A DNA stretch of 64,000 nt from Thermodesulfobacteriota bacterium (GTDB taxonomy: Bacteria > Desulfobacterota_D > UBA1144 > Nemesobacterales > N074bin48): assembly GCA_041572575.1 (NCBI GenBank), contig JBFFSH010000002.1, positions 15,973-79,972 on the forward strand. Reading direction: 5' to 3'. Shown here piece by piece: positions 9,622-19,768 of the stretch. Both the position numbers and the translations under genes were made by a program. Each line of letters opens with the position of its first letter. Position 1 is the stretch's first letter. Under the pieces are notes generated by a model. The model had not been told where the DNA came from. It saw only the letters and a program-made list of their open reading frames with translations, and searched no databases.

Positions 9622-12600
9622 CTATATAACCTCTTCCCAATAGAGTGTCTGTGTCGCTGCTGGGAATTGAAATAATTCCCATAACAAAAATTGAGCCCCT
9701 CCAACTACACCACTTCCGGAAAATGCCAGACTCATAGTTATCGTATTGTTTGAGTATGATAAACTAGGCGGTGTGGGCATGCCTTCACCACCCTCAACAC
9801 CGGCGATACTACCGTCACCACCTACTAAAGCTTCTGCACCCGGTACTCTTGATAGTGCTGCCGCTCCTGTAATGAAATCTATTCCGAAAATCCTTCCAGA
9901 ACCTAGTCCGGCAGAACATTCTTCAACCTCACCTGATTGCGGAACAAATGTTGTAAACAGCAACAGTCCGCTTACCACAATTGGAGTACCAATACCTATT
10001 TCGCCACCTTCTGTACAACCTGCAAGACTTGTATTGCAGCCATTTGCATACTTCACAAGAAATTCACCAGAATTTATGTTACTCGAAGGTCCATTAATCG
10101 AAAATGTATCGGGTCCGCCAGATATTGTAAGTATAGTTCCAATAGTTGATCCGTCTCCGATAATATCATTTACAGTTTTAAAAGTATCAATCGTACTAGC
10201 CCCCGAACCTCTCTGGAATGAAGGAATATACTCATCAATAAAATTATAAAGATATCCAAATGTATTTTCATTCGACGGCCAGCCCCTGTCACCTGTCTGG
10301 AATATAACATGCCTTCTGCCCAGATTGTCTAGAACCGTAGTAGGAGCAAAATATATTGGAAACAATGTATCAGAAGCTACAGGGTTTCTTAGATCATCAG
10401 TCATGGAAAGACATGTATTTATTGCAGTACCAGGAGGATCCTCAGCATCGGGATCATTTGCGCAGAATACAGGTTCACCCGTCCAATCAGGAGCCGAAAA
10501 TTCAAGAGCCGTACTTTTTATACCAGTATCCTGAGCAATAGTAATGCCGGCTTCTATAGGCTCTGAAACATCAAATCTCCACATCCTGCCGCATTTATCA
10601 CCAAGATATACCAGGTCTATATAACCATCTGAATTTATATCTACTACATTTGGATCGCCCGTAGTATCGCATACAAAGTTACTATTATCATTTTCATTAA
10701 ACTTAAATATAATCTCCCCAGTTGCCACATCTATAGCATAAAATGAATCACCTTTATAAGTAGGTTCTTCGTAGTTTAACAAGCCGTTCATAGCTTCATT
10801 TGCCGGAGTATCAGGATGGTCATCATCTCCTGTAGGATTTGTAAAGACCGGCTCTAAACCGCCGCCGGCAAAGAGCACCCATCTGTCCGTAGTAAATCCA
10901 TCTGGTTCATACTTTATCCTGACCCTTCCTACCTTGGGCTGTGACCATGAATTGCCCATATCTCTGTCAAATATAGTCCACAGATGCTCAGGATAATCAG
11001 GCCCATTTGCAAATCTCTTTGTGGGAGCCGTACAATCGGCATCTGCACATTTGACGTTTGTAATATCAAGCGCAGTAAAACCTCCGCCTCCGTTTCTAAA
11101 ACCCGAGACTAACACCGTGTGCCATTCCCTTCCACAGTCATCTATAATACCATCAGGATGAGGTCCTGAATCATATGGATCTGCTATTACAATTGGGTCT
11201 TTACAGTATGGCAACCCGTTTGTCTGATCACTCTGACCATCTAGAAATACATCAATAATGAAAGGTGTGCCGTCAAAAAATGATCTTTGAAAATTTCTTT
11301 GATCATTTAGTAAATTTGCTCCAAGATGACCAAGGGCGAGATTCTTTTCGACAAGTGTTTTGAAGTCACCAAACCTGAAATCGGGTAAAGGCTCTGTAGA
11401 TGAAGTTATCAGAGTAGAATCCTGCAAAGAAATTGGGGTTGTAGGATCATAGTTGAGAGGAAGCACTCCCGGAAATATAGTTCTTGTTATATCAGTAACT
11501 CCATCAAAATCGGTGTCCGACGTGCCATCAGGAGCTATCGAATCTGTAAGAAATGTAGGTGGCGCAAATCCAAAAAATTCATTACCCGTTCCTTCATCTA
11601 CAAAAGGAAGCGTCTCAGTAATACCAGTAAAGGGGTTCTTCTTATCTGCTGCTGAGAGAGTACCATCATTAATTACATCGATAAATTCTCCACCGTGGAA
11701 AGCATGTAAAAATCCGTCATTAGCACCGGCATAGATAACTGCGCTACGGTCTCTAAGGGTCTGAGCAAATACAGGAAATCCTGTATCAAAAAATAGGAGT
11801 GATGGGGCCTGTACAATCTTTGCCTGTGAATTAAAGATATCTCCAAGCCTTCTCTCACACTGAGCAAGACTGCTTATAAGGCTTGCATCTGTAACAACAT
11901 TAGTATTAGTCACCTCAAGGTCAGGACATCCGCAACCTATAGCCCCTCTGGTCGTATTATCTAAAATATTTGACGAGCATGACTCCAGAGTTGGTTCACC
12001 AAAGTTGTCGCGTACAGGAAGTAATCCGGTGTGTCCGGTCATAAAATCAACGATTTTATTTCTCAGACATTTTTCTTTTATACATGTTTTACAGGCTGAT
12101 GTGAGCGGTGTTGGTGGCGAAGTATCACATACTCCAACGCCTCCACAGCCGTCAGAAGAAGCGTCTGCAGCGATATCACTGCATATTGATATTACAGACT
12201 CAACCCCAGCAGGATCAACATCCAGATCACTTATGCCAAACACTTCCGGATCCAGAGCTCTGCTGAATGCTACAATACCAGATGTGTAGATAATAGCATC
12301 AAACTCACCGGAGCCAGTGTTATCTATTTGCAGTGTACCAAATGAAGTAGAATCTCCTACCGTAAGCAGGTTTCTTGAAGTTGCAGAAGATACAATATCT
12401 CTTTCAGCAAGCAATTTACCTGCATCCCAGAAAAACTCTTCGGCGTTGGAACTAAGTGCCCCGGTATCAGTAAAGATATTAGCAGATCTTAATGCTTCTG
12501 GATCAAGACTATTTCCATCCAGAAATTCACCATCTGACCTTGGTTTTCTTACAATGATTTTAGTGCCCGGATTATCGGGATCATCCAAAAAGCCAAATAG

Positions 12601-15285
12601 AGCCAGTCTTCCCTGCCATATAGGCTCACCTATAGTTGGAGTAAAACTTGGCAGCAGCACCCTGTCTCTAAGACCAATAGCAGTTACCGATGGCGGCACC
12701 TGCGGAGCCTGACCTACTGCAGAAAAGCCTTTTGTAAAATCAAATATTGCCTCCAGTGCGGCAATGAGTTCAGCTGGATTATCTACAAAAAATGCAAAAC
12801 TTTGTCCAACATTAGTTCTTGTAAAAGCTGTTGGCAGGTCTGTACCGGCAGTTCCTGTAAAAAAGTCGTTATCAAATACATCTGTACCATTCCATGAACA
12901 AGACCCGGTTTCGTTTGGAGTTTGACAACCTGATAAGGTTACACCTAGTGGATTATTACTAAAATCTCCACCGCTGTGTTCCATTTCTGCCATTTCCAGC
13001 ACCCAGGGAAAACTAGATCTTATCTCGGTTATATCTGCTTTTGGAAGCACAGCAGGAACTCCAGGGCTTCCATCCAGATCTTTTTGTCCTGAAATAAAAC
13101 CCTGCGGATGTCGGTGTAATAGTAAGCCCGTAGTATGTGTTCCACCCAAAAGCGCTGCAGCATTTAATGTTCTAACAGCCTGGGGATTGTCCTTTACTCC
13201 CCAACCAATAAAAAATGACATTACTTCAGTATTAAACTCATTACCTTGTACTGGTTTTCTTGCAAAATGAGTCCTTGAAAAACTTGCGGCCTGCAGGGTA
13301 CTTCTTCTGTTAGAATTTCCTGTTGCCGGAGCAAGAGTGTTGTCGCAGGTACCAGACGATGAATCCCCACCAGCATCCATATCCATACCAGTACCAGTTG
13401 TACCAAAAGCCTGATTAGAATTACAGTCTCCAGAGCAGTTATCTTCACCGTCTGTAATAAAAACAGAAAAATGCGCTTTACATGCAGCATTTTCCTTATC
13501 GGAATTTAATGTAACCCTGTATATACCTAAAACATCATTTTTGGTACCAGTATTTTCAGGATTGGTATCATCGAGTCCTATCGCACTTGCTAAAGGGGTA
13601 CGGCCGCTGGGTCTTCTGTTGCCAAGTTCGCCAAATACATTATTAAATTTCTCATTACTCATACCGGCTCCACCACCCTGATCGGTATTAAAAGAATTGT
13701 TATCATCACACTCATCAATCCCTGCATAATTACCAATATTTACTCTAAAAGGGGCAAGGGCTTCATCTGCACTATCGAGCTGATCCCCTATCTTTGCATC
13801 CCCAGTTACAACCGGCATAGAACCACCACCGGTAATATCGGGAATGTCTCCAAGATCTCTAAATGGAGTGTTTAAATAATTAAAGCAGCTAATAGGGCTT
13901 GTTGTACCATTAAACAATCTTGGAGTATCAGTACAAGTAGAGTTTTTTATAGAGTTGTCCCTGTCGAGCACCTGAGCTAAAACGGTCATCATGGCATCTG
14001 CCCTGGTACTACCATTTTGACCAGGTGAGCAAAAATCACCATCTGTTCCACCGGAGGTACAGGATTTTACAAATGGCTGCTTTTGTGTAGCTGTTTCCAT
14101 GCAGGCAATAAACCTGTCAACCTCATGTGTTGTTACTTCCATTGCACCCGATCCTATTCCAAGTGCGGTATTGTTATTACAGGAATGATCTTCAAGCGTG
14201 CCCGATGGGTTTACCTGGTTAATAAGGTTAGGGCTCCCTTCTGTACCAAAACCGCTGCCCTGCAAAGTTATACAGTGCTGAGCACCGCATGTTTTATAAT
14301 CGCTAGGCATAGTTTTTGTTTCTGCCCAAAGAAAGTTAGAATAGTTATCCATTGCTGCCGCTGCCCAGATTCTTTCTCTGTCAGTCATACAGCCAGTATT
14401 CAATGTACTTTTTAAAGAAGTTACTATGTCCGTGTCACCAAGTCCTGAACCAAGAATTGTACTAACTGTCGTGCTGTCTCCGCAATTTACATCAGCGGCA
14501 TTAGCTAAAACAGATATTACTATTGTTTCATCAGAAGTTGTTGGGCAAGTAGGACACAAAACATCAGAATATGCAATATCTATACAGTTTATAAATTCCC
14601 CAAAATCAACAGGGTCTTCACATGTACCAAATTTTGATCTATTACATGCCCTTGAACCACAGCCACCAAACACTCCCTCAAATGCAATGCCGCTGTTAAA
14701 TCGTTCCACAATCCCATCAGTTGTTCTCATAATAGTAGTATCCGGTCTTAAATCAGTAGACGTTATGGTTATAGTATCGCCGCTGTTAAGAAGATAAGCA
14801 TTGTGAATAACACCACCGTCTTTATCTACTAATTCAGTTGTTATTCCGGCAGCATTAGCAGCACAGTGGGCAATTGCAAATCCTTCAGGATCTCCACTAG
14901 AAACATTGTCAATTTTCTGCCTCAAAGCACAGGTGCCGGCAATACAAACGCTGTTATCACCGTCTGAAGCAAAACCATCACAATTGGAAACAGTATCATC
15001 ATCTACAGTATAAGACTGATCCCAGTTGCCGGTCTGCACACCGGCTGGGTTAGTACCCATTGATTGAGAATAATCAATATATAGCAAGAGATTCGAATTA
15101 CCGCCGATAGTAGTGCCTCGAAACAGATTAAGGTCCTCAACTTCATTTTCATTTATGGGGGGTCTTGGAAGAGACTGAGCCTTTGTATTGTCTACATATA
15201 GCAAAATGGATAATGCCGTAAGAAATAAAAATCCTAAAATTAAAATAAATAATTTTTCTTTATTCTTGCTAAACTTAGTAAACAT
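9622..15285 (-). CDS. pilY1: PilY1-like type IV pilus tip adhesin, giant 1887 aa, Cys-rich
   Basis: Signal peptide; N-terminal vWA MIDAS-like YIDYSQSMG; C-terminal PilY1 Ca-binding loop DINSDGYID in a propeller-like region; sits in pilVWX-Y1-E order. Confidence 0.7.
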   Translation of the reverse strand: MFTKFSKNKEKLFILILGFLFLTALSILLYVDNTKAQSLPRPPINENEVEDLNLFRGTTIGGNSNLLLYIDYSQSMGTNPAGVQTGNWDQSYTVDDDTVSNCDGFASDGDNSVCIAGTCALRQKIDNVSSGDPEGFAIAHCAANAAGITTELVDKDGGVIHNAYLLNSGDTITITSTDLRPDTTIMRTTDGIVERFNSGIAFEGVFGGCGSRACNRSKFGTCEDPVDFGEFINCIDIAYSDVLCPTCPTTSDETIVISVLANAADVNCGDSTTVSTILGSGLGDTDIVTSLKSTLNTGCMTDRERIWAAAAMDNYSNFLWAETKTMPSDYKTCGAQHCITLQGSGFGTEGSPNLINQVNPSGTLEDHSCNNNTALGIGSGAMEVTTHEVDRFIACMETATQKQPFVKSCTSGGTDGDFCSPGQNGSTRADAMMTVLAQVLDRDNSIKNSTCTDTPRLFNGTTSPISCFNYLNTPFRDLGDIPDITGGGSMPVVTGDAKIGDQLDSADEALAPFRVNIGNYAGIDECDDNNSFNTDQGGGAGMSNEKFNNVFGELGNRRPSGRTPLASAIGLDDTNPENTGTKNDVLGIYRVTLNSDKENAACKAHFSVFITDGEDNCSGDCNSNQAFGTTGTGMDMDAGGDSSSGTCDNTLAPATGNSNRRSTLQAASFSRTHFARKPVQGNEFNTEVMSFFIGWGVKDNPQAVRTLNAAALLGGTHTTGLLLHRHPQGFISGQKDLDGSPGVPAVLPKADITEIRSSFPWVLEMAEMEHSGGDFSNNPLGVTLSGCQTPNETGSCSWNGTDVFDNDFFTGTAGTDLPTAFTRTNVGQSFAFFVDNPAELIAALEAIFDFTKGFSAVGQAPQVPPSVTAIGLRDRVLLPSFTPTIGEPIWQGRLALFGFLDDPDNPGTKIIVRKPRSDGEFLDGNSLDPEALRSANIFTDTGALSSNAEEFFWDAGKLLAERDIVSSATSRNLLTVGDSTSFGTLQIDNTGSGEFDAIIYTSGIVAFSRALDPEVFGISDLDVDPAGVESVISICSDIAADASSDGCGGVGVCDTSPPTPLTSACKTCIKEKCLRNKIVDFMTGHTGLLPVRDNFGEPTLESCSSNILDNTTRGAIGCGCPDLEVTNTNVVTDASLISSLAQCERRLGDIFNSQAKIVQAPSLLFFDTGFPVFAQTLRDRSAVIYAGANDGFLHAFHGGEFIDVINDGTLSAADKKNPFTGITETLPFVDEGTGNEFFGFAPPTFLTDSIAPDGTSDTDFDGVTDITRTIFPGVLPLNYDPTTPISLQDSTLITSSTEPLPDFRFGDFKTLVEKNLALGHLGANLLNDQRNFQRSFFDGTPFIIDVFLDGQSDQTNGLPYCKDPIVIADPYDSGPHPDGIIDDCGREWHTVLVSGFRNGGGGFTALDITNVKCADADCTAPTKRFANGPDYPEHLWTIFDRDMGNSWSQPKVGRVRIKYEPDGFTTDRWVLFAGGGLEPVFTNPTGDDDHPDTPANEAMNGLLNYEEPTYKGDSFYAIDVATGEIIFKFNENDNSNFVCDTTGDPNVVDINSDGYIDLVYLGDKCGRMWRFDVSEPIEAGITIAQDTGIKSTALEFSAPDWTGEPVFCANDPDAEDPPGTAINTCLSMTDDLRNPVASDTLFPIYFAPTTVLDNLGRRHVIFQTGDRGWPSNENTFGYLYNFIDEYIPSFQRGSGASTIDTFKTVNDIIGDGSTIGTILTISGGPDTFSINGPSSNINSGEFLVKYANGCNTSLAGCTEGGEIGIGTPIVVSGLLLFTTFVPQSGEVEECSAGLGSGRIFGIDFITGAAALSRVPGAEALVGGDGSIAGVEGGEGMPTPPSLSYSNNTITMSLAFSGSGVVGGAQFLLWELFQFPAATQTLYWEEVI

Positions 15286-15907
15286 TGGTTCCTCCTAGCA
15301 AAAAAGCTTCTACGCCGGTTGCAAGCTGCGTACCGGTATTTACCTGAATTTCTTCATCATTCTTGTCCCTATCCTTAGCATCCTTACCTATCACAGTGAA
15401 AACAATGGGTGTTGCCTGAGGATTAGATGGTGAAGCCGCGTCTTTACTGAATCCTCTAAGATCTCTTGCAATAGATTTTGCATCCTCGGGAAATTCAAAT
15501 ATCGGATCTATACTCGCTACAACAGTACTGTCCATAAGCCTGCTTCCCGATCTGCATTTTGCTCCAATACCGTCAGAATCTTTTATAAGGTTGCTGTTGC
15601 TATCTGCAATATCTATATCCAGAGGCTCTATCAACGGGTCTGTAGATTTTTGAGAAGCCTGCTTGAAAAGCAAGAAAGCAAGTCCTTCCTGTGCAATCTG
15701 GCGCCTCGTTTCATTTACACATGTTTCTGCCGCAAGAAAAGCTTCCTGCCCCCTTTTAAAATTGGTCATTGTCTGAAAATCAGTATTTGACAAAAACGAT
15801 ACCGAAATTGCCATAACAGACATAACAAGTAGCATTACAAGAGCTATAATAAGGGCTATACCACTTTCATCGGATAGGTTTATATTTGTTTTTTCTTCAA
15901 TTCTCAT
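15275..15907 (-). CDS. pilX: type IV pilus assembly protein PilX
   Basis: PilX N-terminal domain SGIALIIALVMLLVMSVMAISVSF...ETRRQIAQEG; 11-nt overlap with pilY1. Confidence 0.65.
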   Translation of the reverse strand: MRIEEKTNINLSDESGIALIIALVMLLVMSVMAISVSFLSNTDFQTMTNFKRGQEAFLAAETCVNETRRQIAQEGLAFLLFKQASQKSTDPLIEPLDIDIADSNSNLIKDSDGIGAKCRSGSRLMDSTVVASIDPIFEFPEDAKSIARDLRGFSKDAASPSNPQATPIVFTVIGKDAKDRDKNDEEIQVNTGTQLATGVEAFLLGGTNVY

Positions 15908-15942
15908 ACAATCTTCCTTTACTTAAAATTTATATTCTGGAA

Positions 15943-17210
15943 TTATCCAAATTCTTCTCTTCCCAAATTTCTTAAATAAACAACCGTATTAAAAACCTTG
16001 TATATAAATCCCTCACCCAAACTTGAATGAGACGTAGGCCTGCTTTCAACATCACCAAGAGCTTCGATGGTCTGTGAGGGTATCCTGTTTCCGCTAATAA
16101 GCTGGGGTTTGAGCCTGGATCGAACAACCAGATATATCTCGACAGTTCTTGTATCCATTTGCCTGCCTCGCATATCCCCATTGTATGATAAACTCGTATC
16201 ACTGCTTATTGACGTAAAATCAGCAAATTGCCTTATGGCTTCATCATCATCAAAAGGTTGCATACCTACTCTTGTAATACCACCATCAGCATCTTGAAGA
16301 TTAAAGACAAACTGCAGATCAACAATTCCAGCACCGACCTGAACATCATCTCCAACAGTTGTATCATCATCCAACTCTCCACCTGCTATTGCCTGAAATG
16401 TAGGTGAGCCATTTTCGCTCATAACAAGAGCGTTATCATTTCTTATTGCAAATGTTCTTGATTTTACTATGGACATTTCAGATGGAACACCGGCAATCCT
16501 TGGTATGAAAAAGTTATTGGCAAATACTGAGAAATCAGTAAAGTCAGCTATTTGAAAGTTTTGTGATAAAATTGAATTTACACCGCTTATCGTTGCGCGC
16601 CTTGTGGACGTATTGAGGCTGTTCATTTTTAAAATCACACCACACTCAGTACACTGTTCGGGTGTAGTGAGACAAATATTAGGGTCCGCTGGATTGCATA
16701 AACTTCCTCTTGACCAAAAACCTATAAGATCTCCGCTTTCGATCACAGCAGGATCAGAAACGGGGGGGAACCAGCCATCAACATTTACTACGATATTGCT
16801 TCCAACTAGAGTTCCTTTACCGGATAATACTGTTGATTGAATTTCATCGTTTTTGAAGCCCGCAGTAATATCCCAGGTATATAATGTAAGACAATCAGGA
16901 GGGGCATCCTGCCCTACATCAGTTGTATTAGCGTCACAAAATGGATAGAACCACTGCCTCCGTTAACAAAATCAAAAGCAACTGTTTTTCCCTGACGTGC
17001 GCCAGAGTTTCTAATCTCTGTAGCAATAAAATCAAGCGCAATCCTGCCAGTTTGATCTACATCTACCCCCTGAGAGGTTAGATTGAACTGTCTTTGTTGA
17101 TGCATAAGAATTGTCACGAGTGCAGTAAAAACGATAGACAAAATCGCTACAGCAACTAGCAGCTCTATGATTGTGTATCCATAACTATTTTTCATATTTT
17201 TAATATACAT
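15943..17210 (-). pseudogene. pilW: pilW-like minor pilin gene disrupted by a frameshift; two overlapping ORFs, 17210-16914 and 16962-15943
   Basis: N-terminal ORF has the prepilin motif YGYTIIELLVAVAIL; the downstream frame is open from 16962, so the shift lies in 16917-16962 (a T4 run is present); joined product ~420 aa. Confidence 0.55.
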
Positions 17211-17220
17211 ATTTTTTTGA

Positions 17221-17967
17221 CTAAGGCGTGTTAGGCACTAATACCCCTCCCCAAGCTCCCGATGATATTGGAATAGTATCAGAAAAATCTTCTGTTTGAG
17301 CAGTAACTATGAGCCCCTGAACCGCCAGATTATGCTTTGTAGACAAGCTAAAATTGTTGTCAGCAAATTGCTTAGGCGATTTTACAGCATATGTAAGAAC
17401 TACTGAAGTAACAGTTTTTAAAGATAATGGATTTACAGCAGTACTTAAAGAAGCTTTTCTTAACAAATACATGCCCTCGGCACCAAGACTGCCGACCCCA
17501 AGACCATCATAAAAACTTTTACAGGTAGTTTGGTCTGTAGTATATTCGAATTCCTTTATATCCGAATTATTGAGGGCAATGGCAGTACATTCGGTGTCTT
17601 TAATAGTAGGACCACTGCCTGTAATGGTAAAATCCGGTGTAACACTGGCAAGAGGATTGCACGGACAATTGGAACATGCAGAATAATCTTCCGAACCATC
17701 ACAGTATGTAAAGTCTGCAGCCCTTCCATCTTTTTCAGTGAGAAATGCCCGATTGTTTAATAATTATATCCTTTTGATTTCGGCTAAATCTTTGTCTGCA
17801 GCGGCCTGAATTATGTTAGTGGCATTAGATCCTGCTTCCGCCATTTGCTTTTGTCTTACTGACAAAAACTCCATCTGTGAAAGGGCAAGAAAGCCAACCG
17901 ACATTATAAATACCGCAACCAGTATTTCTAACAGAGTGAAACCACTAGTATTATTTATTTTAACCAT
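17221..17967 (-). pseudogene. pilV: pilV-like minor pilin gene interrupted by an in-frame TAA (17764-17766)
   Basis: N-terminus SGFTLLEILVAVFIMSVGFLALSQ is PilV-like; the same frame continues open for 182 more codons after the TAA into ORF 17221-17472. Confidence 0.55.
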
Positions 17968-18032
17968 CCTATATCCCTGTTAAATAACTAACAATTATCT
18001 TAAATCCCAAAGTATTAACTGTCATATTGTAT

Positions 18033-18048
18033 TGCAATCTATATGCCA
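18033..18048 (-). promoter_or_regulatory. sigma-54 (-24/-12) promoter for the pilV-W-X-Y1 operon
   Basis: Minus-strand TGGCAT-ATAGA-TTGCA matches TGGCAC-N5-TTGCW with exact GG-N10-GC spacing; ~65 nt upstream of the pilV ATG. Confidence 0.55.
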
Positions 18049-18216
18049 CTTAATGTTTATATTGTAACAACCTGCAAACATTATACTTTTTAAAGTTAAA
18101 ATATCAATAGAATTTGTTACTATGAACAAAATTTCACTAATTGCGCAAAATATTTCACAGCATACCTTGGTCTGGAAACATAAACTGAAAGAGATAAGAT
18201 CTTATAGATTAAAGTT

Positions 18217-19746
18217 TTATATCCTGTTAAACAGGTTTGAGCCTTTTATAACTTTTGAACCCTGCTTTATAATTCCCCACTCTTTTAATCCCTCTACACC
18301 TGCTTTTTCTATAGCTGAATCATTGCCTAATTTTTCCCAAATATCGGTGGCAGTGGCAGGCATAAAAGGGTAGACGAGGATAGATATTATTCTTATAGAT
18401 TCACAGCAGTTGTAAAGTATAGTAGAAAGTCTTTGCGTCTGACCGCCTTTAGCTAAAGTCCATGGAGCGGTATCATCTATATACTTATTCACAAATGCTA
18501 TTAATTCCCAGATAGAAAAAAGAGCCTTACTAAATGCAACATCATCCATATGATTATTGTACTGATCTACAGTCTGCAATGCTTTATCAGCTACACTTTT
18601 ATCAATGGTCTCTGTCTCATTTGCAGATGGAACAACGCCGTCAAAATATTTTTCTACCATTCCGAGGCTTCTGCTCACGAGGTTTCCAAGCCCGTTTGCA
18701 AGGTCTCCGTTTATTCTCCCGACAACTGAATCTCTGGAAAAATCGCCATCCTGTCCAAATGGTATCTCTCTTAGCAGGAAGTATCTGAACACATCCACAC
18801 CGAATTCCTCTGCTATTTTGTAAGGATCAATCACATTGCCAAGTGACTTGGACATCTTTTCTCCCTCGATGGTCCACCATCCATGTGCAAATACGGTCTT
18901 TGGTAATTCAAGCCCTGCAGACATTAGAAATGCAGGCCAGTAAACTGCATGAAACCTCAGAATGTCCTTGCCTACAAAATGATAATCCGCAGGCCAGTAT
19001 TCATTTAACATTTCGGTATTATTCGGATACCCAACAGCCGTAATATAGTTTGTAAGTGCATCAAACCACACATAAATCACATGTTCTTTGTCACTATCTA
19101 TGGGAATTCCCCATGAGAAGGTTGTCCTGCTTATGCTAAGGTCCCTGAGCCCTCCTTCAACAAAACTTATCACCTCATTTCTTCTGTTATCGGGTTTTAT
19201 AAAGTCAGGGTTATTTTTATAGTAATCAAGCAGTTTGTCCTGATACTCTGAAAGCTTAAAGAAATAGCTCTTCTCCTTTACTCTTTCGATGATAGGTCTT
19301 TTAGACTCGGGCAATTCCATAAAATCTTCATACTGGGTATCGGTTATATAGGCTTCGTCCCTTACGTCATACCAGCCCTCATACTCTCCCAGATAGATAT
19401 CTCCATTATCCTGTATAACCTTGAATATTTCATTAACGGCAATTTTATGTCTTTTCTCCGTGGTTCTGATGAAATCGTCGTTAGATATATTTAACACCTT
19501 CCACAGATCAGCAAACCTTACTACAACTTCATCGGCAAGCTCTTTAGGGGTCTTTCCAGCTTCCTTTGCAGTTCTTTCTATCTTTTGCCCGTGCTCATCG
19601 GTACCGGTTAGAAAATATACTTTCTGCCCGCACAGTTTCTTGTACCGAGCCATGACATCAGCCGCGATTGTTGTGTAAGCATGTCCAATATGCGGGACAT
19701 CATTTACGTAATATATAGGTGTTGTTATATAAAATGATTTACTCAA
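18217..19746 (-). CDS. metG: methionine--tRNA ligase, short form without the C-terminal tRNA-binding domain
   Basis: HIGH (PHIGHAYT) and KMSKS motifs; 509 aa. Confidence 0.9.
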   Translation of the reverse strand: MSKSFYITTPIYYVNDVPHIGHAYTTIAADVMARYKKLCGQKVYFLTGTDEHGQKIERTAKEAGKTPKELADEVVVRFADLWKVLNISNDDFIRTTEKRHKIAVNEIFKVIQDNGDIYLGEYEGWYDVRDEAYITDTQYEDFMELPESKRPIIERVKEKSYFFKLSEYQDKLLDYYKNNPDFIKPDNRRNEVISFVEGGLRDLSISRTTFSWGIPIDSDKEHVIYVWFDALTNYITAVGYPNNTEMLNEYWPADYHFVGKDILRFHAVYWPAFLMSAGLELPKTVFAHGWWTIEGEKMSKSLGNVIDPYKIAEEFGVDVFRYFLLREIPFGQDGDFSRDSVVGRINGDLANGLGNLVSRSLGMVEKYFDGVVPSANETETIDKSVADKALQTVDQYNNHMDDVAFSKALFSIWELIAFVNKYIDDTAPWTLAKGGQTQRLSTILYNCCESIRIISILVYPFMPATATDIWEKLGNDSAIEKAGVEGLKEWGIIKQGSKVIKGSNLFNRI

Positions 19747-19768
19747 TTGTTATGTACCATCCAATAGT

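Noticed and set aside
9746-14797. Several long plus-strand ORFs (9746-10249, 11453-11734, 12005-12289, 12317-12712, 14083-14415, 14426-14797) antisense to pilY1
   Set aside because: They are Pro/Ser/Ala-rich translations of the complementary strand of Gly/Thr/Asp-rich codons. They have no RBS or family resemblance and lie wholly inside a well-supported gene.
16604-17760. Plus-strand ORFs 16604-16840 and 17530-17760 opposite pilW/pilV
   Set aside because: They sit opposite the pilW/pilV coding regions, whose frames are better explained by a frameshift and a stop; no independent coding support.
17764-17766. Possibility that the in-frame TAA in pilV indicates an alternative genetic code
   Set aside because: TAA terminates many clearly complete genes in this window (for example tatA, pheT, prfA) at positions consistent with homologue lengths, so stop reassignment is not supported.
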